A model generated the notes under the pieces. It searched no databases, was not told where the DNA came from, and worked only from the letters and a program-made list of their open reading frames with translations. Position numbers and translations under genes: made by a program. From an uncultured virus (IMG/VR IMGVR_UViG_3300033069_001107) (lineage: Duplodnaviria; Heunggongvirae; Uroviricota; Caudoviricetes), in the IMG/VR virus record IMGVR_UViG_3300033069_001107, positions 1 through 64,000 of that record: a DNA stretch of 64,000 nt. One strand, written 5' to 3'. Below, piece after piece: positions 27,967-35,871 of the stretch. Positions within the stretch are counted from its first letter, which is position 1; each line of letters begins with the position of its first letter.

Positions 27967-28065
27967 CCGACCCCTCTACGGTGGGGTCCAGCGGCATCGG
28001 ACAGCCGCCCGTCGGAACGCCCTATGCGTTATCGATGATCTCCCCTCTAACGCGGGGGAGTTGCG
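27967..28065. repeat. four-hairpin intergenic element, copy 3
   Basis: Core 28002-28065 with one C>T change relative to copies 1 and 2. Confidence 0.9.
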
Positions 28066-28066
28066 C

Positions 28067-28495
28067 TCAATCCTCTCGGCAGTCCGAGCAGACTCCCGAC
28101 ACCTTCTTGGAGAACACCACCCCGATCAGGTAGGGGTGCTTCTCCCAGAAGGCTTGGCCGATCTCTTCATCGGTGTGGTTTCGAGGCGAGAGCCTGGGCG
28201 TGGTGCCCGGCTCGACCTTCTCGACCCACACTCCGCTCCCGAGCGGAGCTCCACACGCCTCACACTCCCGCTCGCACAGGATGTGTCCCGGGTTGGTAGG
28301 CATGTCGAGCCCCTTCAGGGTGGCCATACGCTCCGCCCGGACGTAGCGGAGCTTGGCCTCGACTTCCTCGCACTCCTGGTGGAGCTTCCGGCGCTCCCAG
28401 AATGGAACACTATTGAACTGAGACATAAGGCGTCCGTGCTCGTAGGCGAGCTCCTCGATCTGCTCATCGAGAACCTGGATAGACTTCATACGCAT
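28067..28495 (-). CDS. hypothetical protein, coiled coil plus zinc ribbon
   Basis: CEAC and CSDC; AGGAG RBS; stop lies 1 nt before the repeat. Confidence 0.7.
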   Translation of the reverse strand: MRMKSIQVLDEQIEELAYEHGRLMSQFNSVPFWERRKLHQECEEVEAKLRYVRAERMATLKGLDMPTNPGHILCERECEACGAPLGSGVWVEKVEPGTTPRLSPRNHTDEEIGQAFWEKHPYLIGVVFSKKVSGVCSDCRED

Positions 28496-28545
28496 TCTCC
28501 TGACGATTACCCCGAGGACGTGGGGAGGGTTTAGTCCTCTACCTC

Positions 28546-28574
28546 CTTATACCAGAAAGCGCCTACCCCTTCGG
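28546..28574 (-). promoter_or_regulatory. class A phage promoter, copy 4
   Basis: CCGAA-N11-TTTCTGGTATAAG. Confidence 0.7.
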
Positions 28575-28579
28575 GACCC

Positions 28580-28627
28580 AAAGAAACCCACTCTCCGACC
28601 CCCTACCCATCGCTGGATAGGGGGTCG
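28580..28627 (-). terminator. probable terminator
   Basis: CGACCCCCTA/TAGGGGGTCG stem; TTTCTTT downstream on the minus strand. Confidence 0.5.
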
Positions 28628-28644
28628 AAGCAGGGCGATTCCGG

Positions 28645-28920
28645 TCACTTCTTGAGCAGCTTCAAGAGCTCCTTCCCCAGCTGAAGCCCAGCCACCGCGA
28701 CAGGGATCAGGTTGGGGGCGGGGGAGCTGGGGTGGATCTGGGCCTGTTCGTCCGGGGTCAGATCCGCGTACGCCGTATGGGCGGCTTGGATGAGCTGGTC
28801 GGCGTCACGGGTGCCGTTCATGCTGGCGAGCATCGCCGCCTGCATGAGGGCGTGTACATGGGGGGTGCGGGCCTCGACGAGGGCGCGCATACGGGACTGA
28901 GAGGGGAACTCGATAATCAT
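28645..28920 (-). CDS. hypothetical protein
   Basis: Start ATG 28920 or 28953. Confidence 0.6.
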   Translation of the reverse strand: MIIEFPSQSRMRALVEARTPHVHALMQAAMLASMNGTRDADQLIQAAHTAYADLTPDEQAQIHPSSPAPNLIPVAVAGLQLGKELLKLLKK

Positions 28921-29039
28921 GGGGTGCTGACTCCCAGAGGAGAGAACGACCATCCAACGCGGCTATGCGCAACAGTGTCAGCACGTTACTGAAACAGGTC
29001 TCTCCAAGACCTGTGAGAAGGAAGCGCGAGGCTAAGATC

Positions 29040-29084
29040 AAAAGAAGGGGTGCGCGCGCCGCCCCCTTCGCAGGGGGCGGCGCG
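29040..29084 (-). terminator. intrinsic terminator
   Basis: CGCGCCGCCCCCT/AGGGGGCGGCGCG stem plus TTCTTTT. Confidence 0.7.
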
Positions 29085-29089
29085 GGCGG

Positions 29090-29797
29090 TCAGGAGGGCT
29101 GGGCGGCGGGGGAGGCGGGGGCGGCGGGCTGGGCGGCGGGGGCGGCGGGCGTGGTGGCGGGCGCGTCCACGGGCTTGGCGGAGGTGATCACGACGCCCTC
29201 GCTGCTGTGCGGCGGAGGCGCCCCGAGCAGGGCGTTGAGGGCGTTGGCCGTGGCCGCCGCCGCCGCCCGCTGGGGCGAGTCGGACGGAGTCGACGCAGCG
29301 GCGAAGGCCACCATGGTGGTGGCCGCGTGCGCGACCACCTTGACCCCGGCGCTCAGCTCGCTCACGACCTCCGTGAGACGGCCGAGCTCGAACCGGAGGC
29401 GCCGCGCCTCCAGGAGGGTCCGCGACTCCTTCTCGGCCTCCAGGGCCTCCGAGGGGACGGAGGATCCGAAGAGCGAGGCGCGGGCGAGCGCCCACCGCCA
29501 GTAGCCGACCTCGGCCGCTTCCATCGCGTGGCGCTTCCGCCACGCGATGCCCGCCTCTCCCCCGACGAACCCCGCCATGCAGAGCGCGTAGAGGCGCCGA
29601 TCTTCGAGGGTCTTGATCTCCTTCGGGAACGCCAGCTTCGCGGGGTCCACCTCCGTGGTCACCGTCGCGCTGACCAGCGCCGCGATCAGCGGGGCGTTGA
29701 ACAGGTTGACCGGCGAGGCCGGGGCGGCGGCGGCGGTCGTGGTCGTGGTGGTGGTGGTCGAGGGGGCGGGGGTGGTGGCGGTCTTGGCGAGGGTCAT
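29090..29797 (-). CDS. Ala/Thr/Pro-rich protein with a helical core, monocistronic
   Basis: AGGAG RBS, ATG 29797, own promoter and terminator, extreme GC3. Confidence 0.8.
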   Translation of the reverse strand: MTLAKTATTPAPSTTTTTTTTAAAAPASPVNLFNAPLIAALVSATVTTEVDPAKLAFPKEIKTLEDRRLYALCMAGFVGGEAGIAWRKRHAMEAAEVGYWRWALARASLFGSSVPSEALEAEKESRTLLEARRLRFELGRLTEVVSELSAGVKVVAHAATTMVAFAAASTPSDSPQRAAAAATANALNALLGAPPPHSSEGVVITSAKPVDAPATTPAAPAAQPAAPASPAAQPS

Positions 29798-29841
29798 GGC
29801 GATTCTCCTGGTGGCGTAAGAGCCCACTGCTCCTACACCTT

Positions 29842-29871
29842 CTTATACCCGAAAAGACCCCCTGTTTTCGG
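29842..29871 (-). promoter_or_regulatory. class A phage promoter, copy 5
   Basis: CCGAA-N12-TTTCGGGTATAAG. Confidence 0.7.
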
Positions 29872-29894
29872 ACCCCTATACGGCGTATTCGACC

Positions 29895-29906
29895 TACCCT
29901 TCTGGC
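29895..29906 (+). promoter_or_regulatory. leaderless-type promoter (class B)
   Basis: TACCCT-N6-ATG(29907). Confidence 0.6.
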
Positions 29907-30275
29907 ATGAACCCCATCATCGCCTTCCTCACCCAGAACTGGCAGTGGCTGTTCTGGCCCATCGTCAGCGCCACCCTGGCCGTCCTCTCTCGCAAGAAGA
30001 CGGCCCAGGAGTGGGAGACCTGGGCCCTGGAGAGCCCGGTCCTGGCCTTCCTGATCGAGATCGCCCGTGCGGCCGGTTTCGACATCGTCAAGATGATGTC
30101 CGCCTTCAAGCGGTACGCCGACCGCCGCGCCGGGGCCATCCCCAACGAGATCTGGGAGCGGCTCCCGGTGAGCAACGCCCTGAAGGCGCACCTCGCCGAC
30201 CCCGCCAAGCGCCGCCAGCTGGAGGCGCTCGTGCAGGAGTTCAGCCAGACGCCCTCTACGCCTTCGACTCCCTGA
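29907..30275 (+). CDS. membrane protein, holin-like
   Basis: N-terminal hydrophobic helix followed by a basic patch; 122 aa. Confidence 0.6.
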   Translation: MNPIIAFLTQNWQWLFWPIVSATLAVLSRKKTAQEWETWALESPVLAFLIEIARAAGFDIVKMMSAFKRYADRRAGAIPNEIWERLPVSNALKAHLADPAKRRQLEALVQEFSQTPSTPSTP

Positions 30276-31566
30276 CCACCCCCCGCTTCCAGAGCAGATC
30301 CAGGGCGGCTTCCATCAGCTTGTGGATGTTGTCCACGTGGCCGATGGTACCGTCATCGGACCCGTCCAGGTGCGCCGCCTCGTGGATGTACACCCCCAGC
30401 GCCTTCCCGAAGGATGCCAGCGTACTGCGCGCGAGGAACACCTGCCCATCGCGCATCAGCCCCTCCGTCGTGGCGCCCTTGAAGTCGACGACCGAAGGCA
30501 GCACGTCGATCTTGAGCGATTCCCCGACCTCCAGCAGGCCGCGAACGATCTCGCGCTCCCGCGCTTCGAGGTCTTCCACGGCGTAGGTCTTGGTGATCTT
30601 CCTCCGAGTCTCCTGGAGGATCGTTGTGATCGAGGGCAGCGGGCTGCGCACCAGGGCGCAGAGGCTGGTGGGCAGGCTCACCGGGACCATCCCGCTGTGC
30701 TCCAGCTGGACGCCCTCTCCGACAGAGCTCACGGGGTAGGCGTTCTCGCCGTGCTTCTCTCGGAACACGGCCAGGAGCTTGCCCGAGAGCCCCGGCGTGT
30801 ACATGTGCTCCAGCCCCGAGAACTCCCCCGCGCCCCGCGCCATGGCGTTGTAGCACGCCTTCGCGTTGTCGGGGTCACGCGCCGCTTCCGCCCACATCTC
30901 GCCGATGCGCCGTGTGGCCTCGTCCTGCCGGTAGGACTTGCGATCCCGGCCAATGTCCAGGTCGATGAAGTCGTACCCGAACTTGCTGTCTCGGACCATG
31001 TCCACGAACACACCCCTGGAGAAGCGGCGCCCCGCGTACTCCTGGTCCAGGAGGATGGTACCCTTTGTGGTCTGGATCTTCTCCACGGGGGGCATGAGGC
31101 GCAGAAACAGCTGCTGAATCTGGTACCACGCGTCGTCGTCCAGTCCGGGGATCTCCACGGACACCATGCCACGAGACTTGATGCTTCGCGTAGTGATGAC
31201 GAAGGAGGAGAGGTCGTTGGCGTCCTTCTCGAAGGATGGCGTCCAGGTCTCGTCGTCATTGACGACACGAACGGGGATCTGAAGCCGTGCGAAGATGAGG
31301 AGCGCCAGCTTGAGCCCCTCGCCGAACTGACCGATCAGCCCGCCGCCGCCGCCGCGCTTCGACGTACCGCCGAAGTAGAGCGCTTCAGGGGGCATCTTGA
31401 CGCCCTGGTTCTCGACGTAGAGGGTGCCCTGTGCGAAGCGGATCACGCAGGGTGACTTGCGCTGAGCCTCGGCATCGAGTCCGTTTGCGATGATCTCGCG
31501 GATGCCGTCGAACAGCGTCCACCCATGGACGTACTCTGCCAATGCCATGTACCGATAGACGGCCAT
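30256..31566 (-). CDS. GHKL (Hsp90/MORC-like) ATPase with C-terminal HExxH metallopeptidase-like domain
   Basis: REIIANGLDA, NQG and IGQFGEGLKLA (Bergerat fold); IHEAAH near the C-terminus. Confidence 0.85.
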   Translation of the reverse strand: MAVYRYMALAEYVHGWTLFDGIREIIANGLDAEAQRKSPCVIRFAQGTLYVENQGVKMPPEALYFGGTSKRGGGGGLIGQFGEGLKLALLIFARLQIPVRVVNDDETWTPSFEKDANDLSSFVITTRSIKSRGMVSVEIPGLDDDAWYQIQQLFLRLMPPVEKIQTTKGTILLDQEYAGRRFSRGVFVDMVRDSKFGYDFIDLDIGRDRKSYRQDEATRRIGEMWAEAARDPDNAKACYNAMARGAGEFSGLEHMYTPGLSGKLLAVFREKHGENAYPVSSVGEGVQLEHSGMVPVSLPTSLCALVRSPLPSITTILQETRRKITKTYAVEDLEAREREIVRGLLEVGESLKIDVLPSVVDFKGATTEGLMRDGQVFLARSTLASFGKALGVYIHEAAHLDGSDDGTIGHVDNIHKLMEAALDLLWKRGVVRESKA

Positions 31567-31609
31567 AGTGCCTACTTTCAGACGGGAGTTGTTGAGGATT
31601 GGGGATGAA

Positions 31610-32044
31610 CTACTGAGACAGTGCCCGGCGAATGCGGGCACGGTAGCCGAGGACTTGCTCGGCGTATGCCGCGCCGTGACCGGCGCGACAAGCAGGATCA
31701 GGACCGCAGACCCACGAGGTCAGGTAGCTGCGCAAGGCAGGAATACGCCGTACGACGCCGATGGTGCGTGCGGTGTAGTTGGCCTGGGCGGAGTAGTCGC
31801 GGACCACGCAGAGCCCTCGGCGCCTACGCCTCTCCGTGCTATCGGGGGCGCAGGTTTCGTAGATCTGGACCCCGCAGAGCAGGTGCCGCACGTGGACGGT
31901 GCCCACTTGCGACTCCTTGACCGCGATGGCCACCACCGTAGCCAGATCAGCTCCGTGGGTGTGCACCGCGTCTTGCAGGGTGTTGAGCGTAGCCGGGTCA
32001 GCGTGGATTCCGAACAGGGTGATCAGTACTTGAGCGAGGGTCAT
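31610..32044 (-). CDS. lytic transglycosylase (SLT)-like protein
   Basis: AIAVKES catalytic-Glu motif, GVQI, terminal YAEQVL. Confidence 0.55.
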   Translation of the reverse strand: MTLAQVLITLFGIHADPATLNTLQDAVHTHGADLATVVAIAVKESQVGTVHVRHLLCGVQIYETCAPDSTERRRRRGLCVVRDYSAQANYTARTIGVVRRIPALRSYLTSWVCGPDPACRAGHGAAYAEQVLGYRARIRRALSQ

Positions 32045-32384
32045 GCGGAGGATGCTCCGGGGCGAAGGGGCTCACGCCGAGGTGGCCGTGGCCTCGATGA
32101 ACCTTCCAGCCGTTCACCAGCTGAGCTTCCTCGCGTAGGAACTCAGACTCGAAGAACGCCCGGAAGGCTCCTGAGATACGTTCGTCGCACTCGACCGTCT
32201 CAGGGTGACGTAGGTAGAGAGTGGCTTGGTCTCCTTCGTGTTGGACGTAGCCCTCGACCGCGTGTCCGAGGGGGGTGTAGGGGGAGAGCGTGTGCAGCAC
32301 CTCTCCCGACTTGCGCGCTCGCTCGACCGCTTCATTCAAAGCAGCCGCGCGGAAGAGGAGATAGAGGCGCTGGGCGTGTGTCAT
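31998..32384 (-). CDS. hypothetical protein
   Basis: Start ATG 32384 (MTHAQRLY) overlaps the upstream stop. Confidence 0.6.
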   Translation of the reverse strand: MTHAQRLYLLFRAAALNEAVERARKSGEVLHTLSPYTPLGHAVEGYVQHEGDQATLYLRHPETVECDERISGAFRAFFESEFLREEAQLVNGWKVHRGHGHLGVSPFAPEHPPHDPRSSTDHPVRNPR

Positions 32385-32728
32385 CGGTTCTGCGAGTAGT
32401 ACGCGAACGCAGCCTTGCGCGCCTTGGCGATCTGAGCAGGCGCCTCGGGCACGTCGGCGAGGTTGAAGGTGTTCAGCGCCATCAGCTCCTGCGCGTAAGC
32501 CACCTCCACGGGCGTGAGGCCCGACTCCAGACGCAGGAGGTTCAGGAACTTGATGAGGTCCTCCGTGATCTTCTTGGCTCGACCCCAGGGGTCCTTGGGG
32601 TCGGGCACGTACGGCGTATCGAACCCCCACGGATCCTTCACGTCGCGCTCCGCGAGGCTCTCGTCTGGTGCGAGCGTCGCGAGTCCCGCCCACTGCTCCT
32701 GCCTCTTCAGGCGAGCTTCGTCGCTCAC
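32381..32728 (-). CDS. hypothetical protein
   Basis: 115-aa ORF with strong codon bias. Confidence 0.75.
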   Translation of the reverse strand: MSDEARLKRQEQWAGLATLAPDESLAERDVKDPWGFDTPYVPDPKDPWGRAKKITEDLIKFLNLLRLESGLTPVEVAYAQELMALNTFNLADVPEAPAQIAKARKAAFAYYSQNR

Positions 32729-32955
32729 GGATCCCTCCGCTGCTGACAGCCGCGCACGATCTGATCAGGGTAGACGATCATGGGCTCCGCCAGAGGGCCC
32801 TTCACGACGCGCGCGCCCTCAGGACGGTCGGGATCCCCCTGGAGGTATCCCGACTTGGCCGCGCACCACCCGTAGGGCGCGCTACGTTCCCGCACACCCC
32901 CCTGCACCTTGCGGTCTTGATAGTGGAGACATTCAGAGCAGGGAGCGTCGTTCAT
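32725..32955 (-). CDS. small Cys-containing protein
   Basis: CSECLHY, GWC and a C-terminal Cys. Confidence 0.65.
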   Translation of the reverse strand: MNDAPCSECLHYQDRKVQGGVRERSAPYGWCAAKSGYLQGDPDRPEGARVVKGPLAEPMIVYPDQIVRGCQQRRDP

Positions 32956-33416
32956 GCGATCCTCAGGATGTTCAATCGGTAGGTGGACAGCGCGGCCTTA
33001 CAGCGTGGGTCGGATACTACCAGGGTGCTCAAGGCCAGCGCAAGTCGATCGATCGCCATCGCTCGGGCGAGGCGTTCGTCGGTGGAAGACGCCACCGCGT
33101 AGAGGGTGAGAACCCCCAGATCGAGTTCGACGCAGGGACTCAGGGGGCGTTGATCGAAGGTGATCTTCTGCTTCTGGAGGAGCTGCACGCAGAGGGGCGT
33201 GATCTCCCGCAGTTCATTCAGACACTCGCCCAGGGTTTGTGTCGCGATGCCAAGGGCCTTCTCCTCGTCCTTCAGGCGGAAGGGTAGCGCCACGACCAGT
33301 GCGTACGCACGTCCGTTGAAGCGGACAGGCTGGGTGCCTGCCGTCGCGTTCTCCAGCGGGTTCTCTTCGGGCTGTGCCCGCTCGACCCAGGGGGAGATGA
33401 TGCCGCCGCGACTCAC
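32952..33416 (-). CDS. hypothetical protein
   Basis: 154-aa ORF coupled to neighbours. Confidence 0.65.
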   Translation of the reverse strand: MSRGGIISPWVERAQPEENPLENATAGTQPVRFNGRAYALVVALPFRLKDEEKALGIATQTLGECLNELREITPLCVQLLQKQKITFDQRPLSPCVELDLGVLTLYAVASSTDERLARAMAIDRLALALSTLVVSDPRCKAALSTYRLNILRIA

Positions 33417-33835
33417 AGGATGATCCTTGTCCGGTCGACACCCTTGGAACCGTCACGGTCGTCACAGCGGATGTGTGCGTACTCCGCCTCCTCCTTGACC
33501 TTGACGTTGGGATGTCCCGCCACCGGGTCGTGATCGATCTCTTGTACTCGAAGGACTTCCCCGAGGAGGTCCCCTCTGCGGAACGGCTCTCCACACTTCA
33601 GACACTGGTAGCTCGGTGCTGTCGGCATGACCAATCCTAGCCTTTCTACCTTGAGGCGTCCCGGGTTGAGCTGCTTGTGAACCCAGGGCAGCTTCGGGTT
33701 CCCGCAGTCTGTGTGGTAGGCCAGCGGAGCGTCCTGACCTTGTGGACGCCCGTTGCGCATGTGAGAGAAGCGGTGGGCCTGCCCCACCTTGTCTTCTTTC
33801 GCCAGCCGCTGTCCGCAGAAGGGGCAGTCCATCAC
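33413..33835 (-). CDS. double zinc-finger protein
   Basis: CPFC..HTDC and CLKC..HIRC. Confidence 0.75.
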   Translation of the reverse strand: MMDCPFCGQRLAKEDKVGQAHRFSHMRNGRPQGQDAPLAYHTDCGNPKLPWVHKQLNPGRLKVERLGLVMPTAPSYQCLKCGEPFRRGDLLGEVLRVQEIDHDPVAGHPNVKVKEEAEYAHIRCDDRDGSKGVDRTRIIL

Positions 33836-35817
33836 GCCCCCGTAGCCTGCGCCCCCAGGGCACGCAGGATGTTCAGGACCATGGCCTTGTCTTGCAGGTA
33901 CGGGTGGGGGAGCGACCCCCTCACCCGTCCCGCGTATGCCTTGGCCTTGGCGGGCGCCGGGGGCTTGGAGTGGGCCCTCAGGTCGAGGAGCGCCACCACG
34001 CCACGGTCGTCCTCGGTGCGGATCAAGCGTCCGCCGCCCTGCTTGAGGTCCATCACGGCCTCCTGAAGATCGAACGCCTCCCAGGAGCGGATCTCAGCCG
34101 TCTTCTGCGCGATCCCGTTGGCCACCATCGCATTGATGTACACCTCCTTCCGAGCACCCAGGAGGATGTCGGCACGGTTCGGGAACGGGAGGCGTGGGAT
34201 GATCACGAGGCGCAAGGTGTCGCCCGGAATGTCGACGCCCTCCCAGAAGGTCTTCAGCCCCATGAGGACGTTGTTCTTGGCGGACTTGAACCAGTTGATC
34301 GTGTCTTCGAACGAGACGCCAGGGCGCTGATGCGTCAGCGTGTAGGGCAGCGGGTAGTACATCTTCCGGATGGCCTCGTAGAGCTCGCGCATGTCATCCG
34401 TGGAGGAGCAGAGCACGAACGCGCCGCCGTTCGATGCGACGAGAAGCTCGTGGATGCACGTCGCCATCTTCCGGTAGTAGTCCCCGCCGCGTTCCGCAGG
34501 GTCCGGGGAGTCCGCTGCGACGTAGAGCGCGGACTTGGTCTTGTAGTCGAAGGGCGACGGCAGGATCACCGAGTGCTTGATCTGCGAGGGCGCCAGACCA
34601 TACTCGCGCGCCATGTAGTCCATGCGATCGAAGACGGACAGCGTGGCGCTGGTCACCACGACGCGACCGATGCCGAGGAGCGCCGGAGCGACGAGGGGGC
34701 CGATCTCGACCGGACATGTCACGATGTTCCACTCATCGCGCGCGCCCTTCTCGATGTACTTGACCCAATCCACCCGATCGCCCAACGGGTGCTGGTATTC
34801 GCCGAGCGTGACCTCGGCGAGCGTGCGCATCTGCGTGAGCATCTGCGAGGCGCTCCGCAGCTGCGCCTTGATGCGGGCGCTGGTTTCGTCGCCGCCCATG
34901 AAGCCCTCGTCGTCGTCGATCATGTCCGCGCGTTGCATGCCCGAGAGCGCCTTGCCCGCGAGGTCCCGCAGCTGGACGAAGTGCGAGGCGAGGGGGCCGC
35001 TCATCCCCAGGTGTTGGTTGCGCTTCGGAACCTCCGCGAAGATCGCGTCGTAGATCGCGAACAGACGCGTCCCAGGGTCGTACTGCGTGTCCTTCAGCAG
35101 TCGAGCGAGGTGCTCCGGCTGGCGCGGCGTCAGGCGGAGGGAGTAGGCATCGCGGAAGAACTTCGGGGCTTGGTGGGCCTCGTCGATGATCAATACGTCG
35201 TACGGGCCGAGGATCTTGCCCCCGCCGATCGCGAGGTCCTGGGCGAGCAGGGCGTGGTTGACCACGAGCACCTGCGCGAAGGTGCCCTTGTTGCGCGACT
35301 TGAGGTAGCCACATCCTTCGGCGTACGGGCACGCGCTGCGCACACACTCGCTGACACGCGCGTGGTGCAGCCACTTGTAGTCGGGCAGGCCGCTCATGTC
35401 GGCGTCTTCGGACTGATCCAGCCACGCCTGGAAGATCTTCGCCTCCTCCGGGTTGACATCTTGAAAGGCGGTCGTGGATGCGAGGTCGGCCCAGCGGAGA
35501 CGGCAGGCGTGGTTGCCCTTGCCCTTCATGCTCGCGTAGGGCCGCGCGTTGATGAGCGAGGCGACGTGAGGGAGGTCCGCGCCGATCAGCTGTTGCTGGA
35601 GGGCCTTCTTGGCGGTGGAGATCACCACACGCTTGTCCGACGCCATCGCAGGCACCGAGTAGGCGAAGCTCTTGCCGGTGCCCGTACCGGCCTCGATGAA
35701 GGCGATGCCGCCGTTCTGGATGATGTCATCGACGGTCTTCGCCATGGTGACTTGGGCGGGTCGCACAGAGCGAACGAGCCCCTTCGCGGGATCAGTGAAC
35801 CAGTCTTCGATTGCCAT
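33832..35817 (-). CDS. DinG/YoaA-family Fe-S helicase
   Basis: RPAQ, EAGTGTGKS, KGKGNHAC plus a Cys cluster, IDEAH, SATL, FWEGVDIPG and QGGGRLIR. Confidence 0.93.
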   Translation of the reverse strand: MAIEDWFTDPAKGLVRSVRPAQVTMAKTVDDIIQNGGIAFIEAGTGTGKSFAYSVPAMASDKRVVISTAKKALQQQLIGADLPHVASLINARPYASMKGKGNHACRLRWADLASTTAFQDVNPEEAKIFQAWLDQSEDADMSGLPDYKWLHHARVSECVRSACPYAEGCGYLKSRNKGTFAQVLVVNHALLAQDLAIGGGKILGPYDVLIIDEAHQAPKFFRDAYSLRLTPRQPEHLARLLKDTQYDPGTRLFAIYDAIFAEVPKRNQHLGMSGPLASHFVQLRDLAGKALSGMQRADMIDDDEGFMGGDETSARIKAQLRSASQMLTQMRTLAEVTLGEYQHPLGDRVDWVKYIEKGARDEWNIVTCPVEIGPLVAPALLGIGRVVVTSATLSVFDRMDYMAREYGLAPSQIKHSVILPSPFDYKTKSALYVAADSPDPAERGGDYYRKMATCIHELLVASNGGAFVLCSSTDDMRELYEAIRKMYYPLPYTLTHQRPGVSFEDTINWFKSAKNNVLMGLKTFWEGVDIPGDTLRLVIIPRLPFPNRADILLGARKEVYINAMVANGIAQKTAEIRSWEAFDLQEAVMDLKQGGGRLIRTEDDRGVVALLDLRAHSKPPAPAKAKAYAGRVRGSLPHPYLQDKAMVLNILRALGAQATGA

Positions 35818-35871
35818 TCAGAGCCTCCGGGGGTAAAGACAGACACTTCTACCACGAAAGGTGGCGTTTTC

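Noticed and set aside
26169..28065. The repeats as a CRISPR array, canonical integron attC sites, or hammerhead ribozyme
   Set aside because: The intervening sequences are whole genes (about 0.4-1.2 kb). There is no consistent RYYYAAC/GTTRRRY pair forming one long hairpin and no integrase in the window. CCGATGA/TCGATGA differs from CTGATGA and no GAAA follows the stem.
33742..35871. N-terminal 710 aa of the 899-aa ORF 33742..36441
   Set aside because: Antisense to the DinG helicase; the protein-like part starts at ATG 35872
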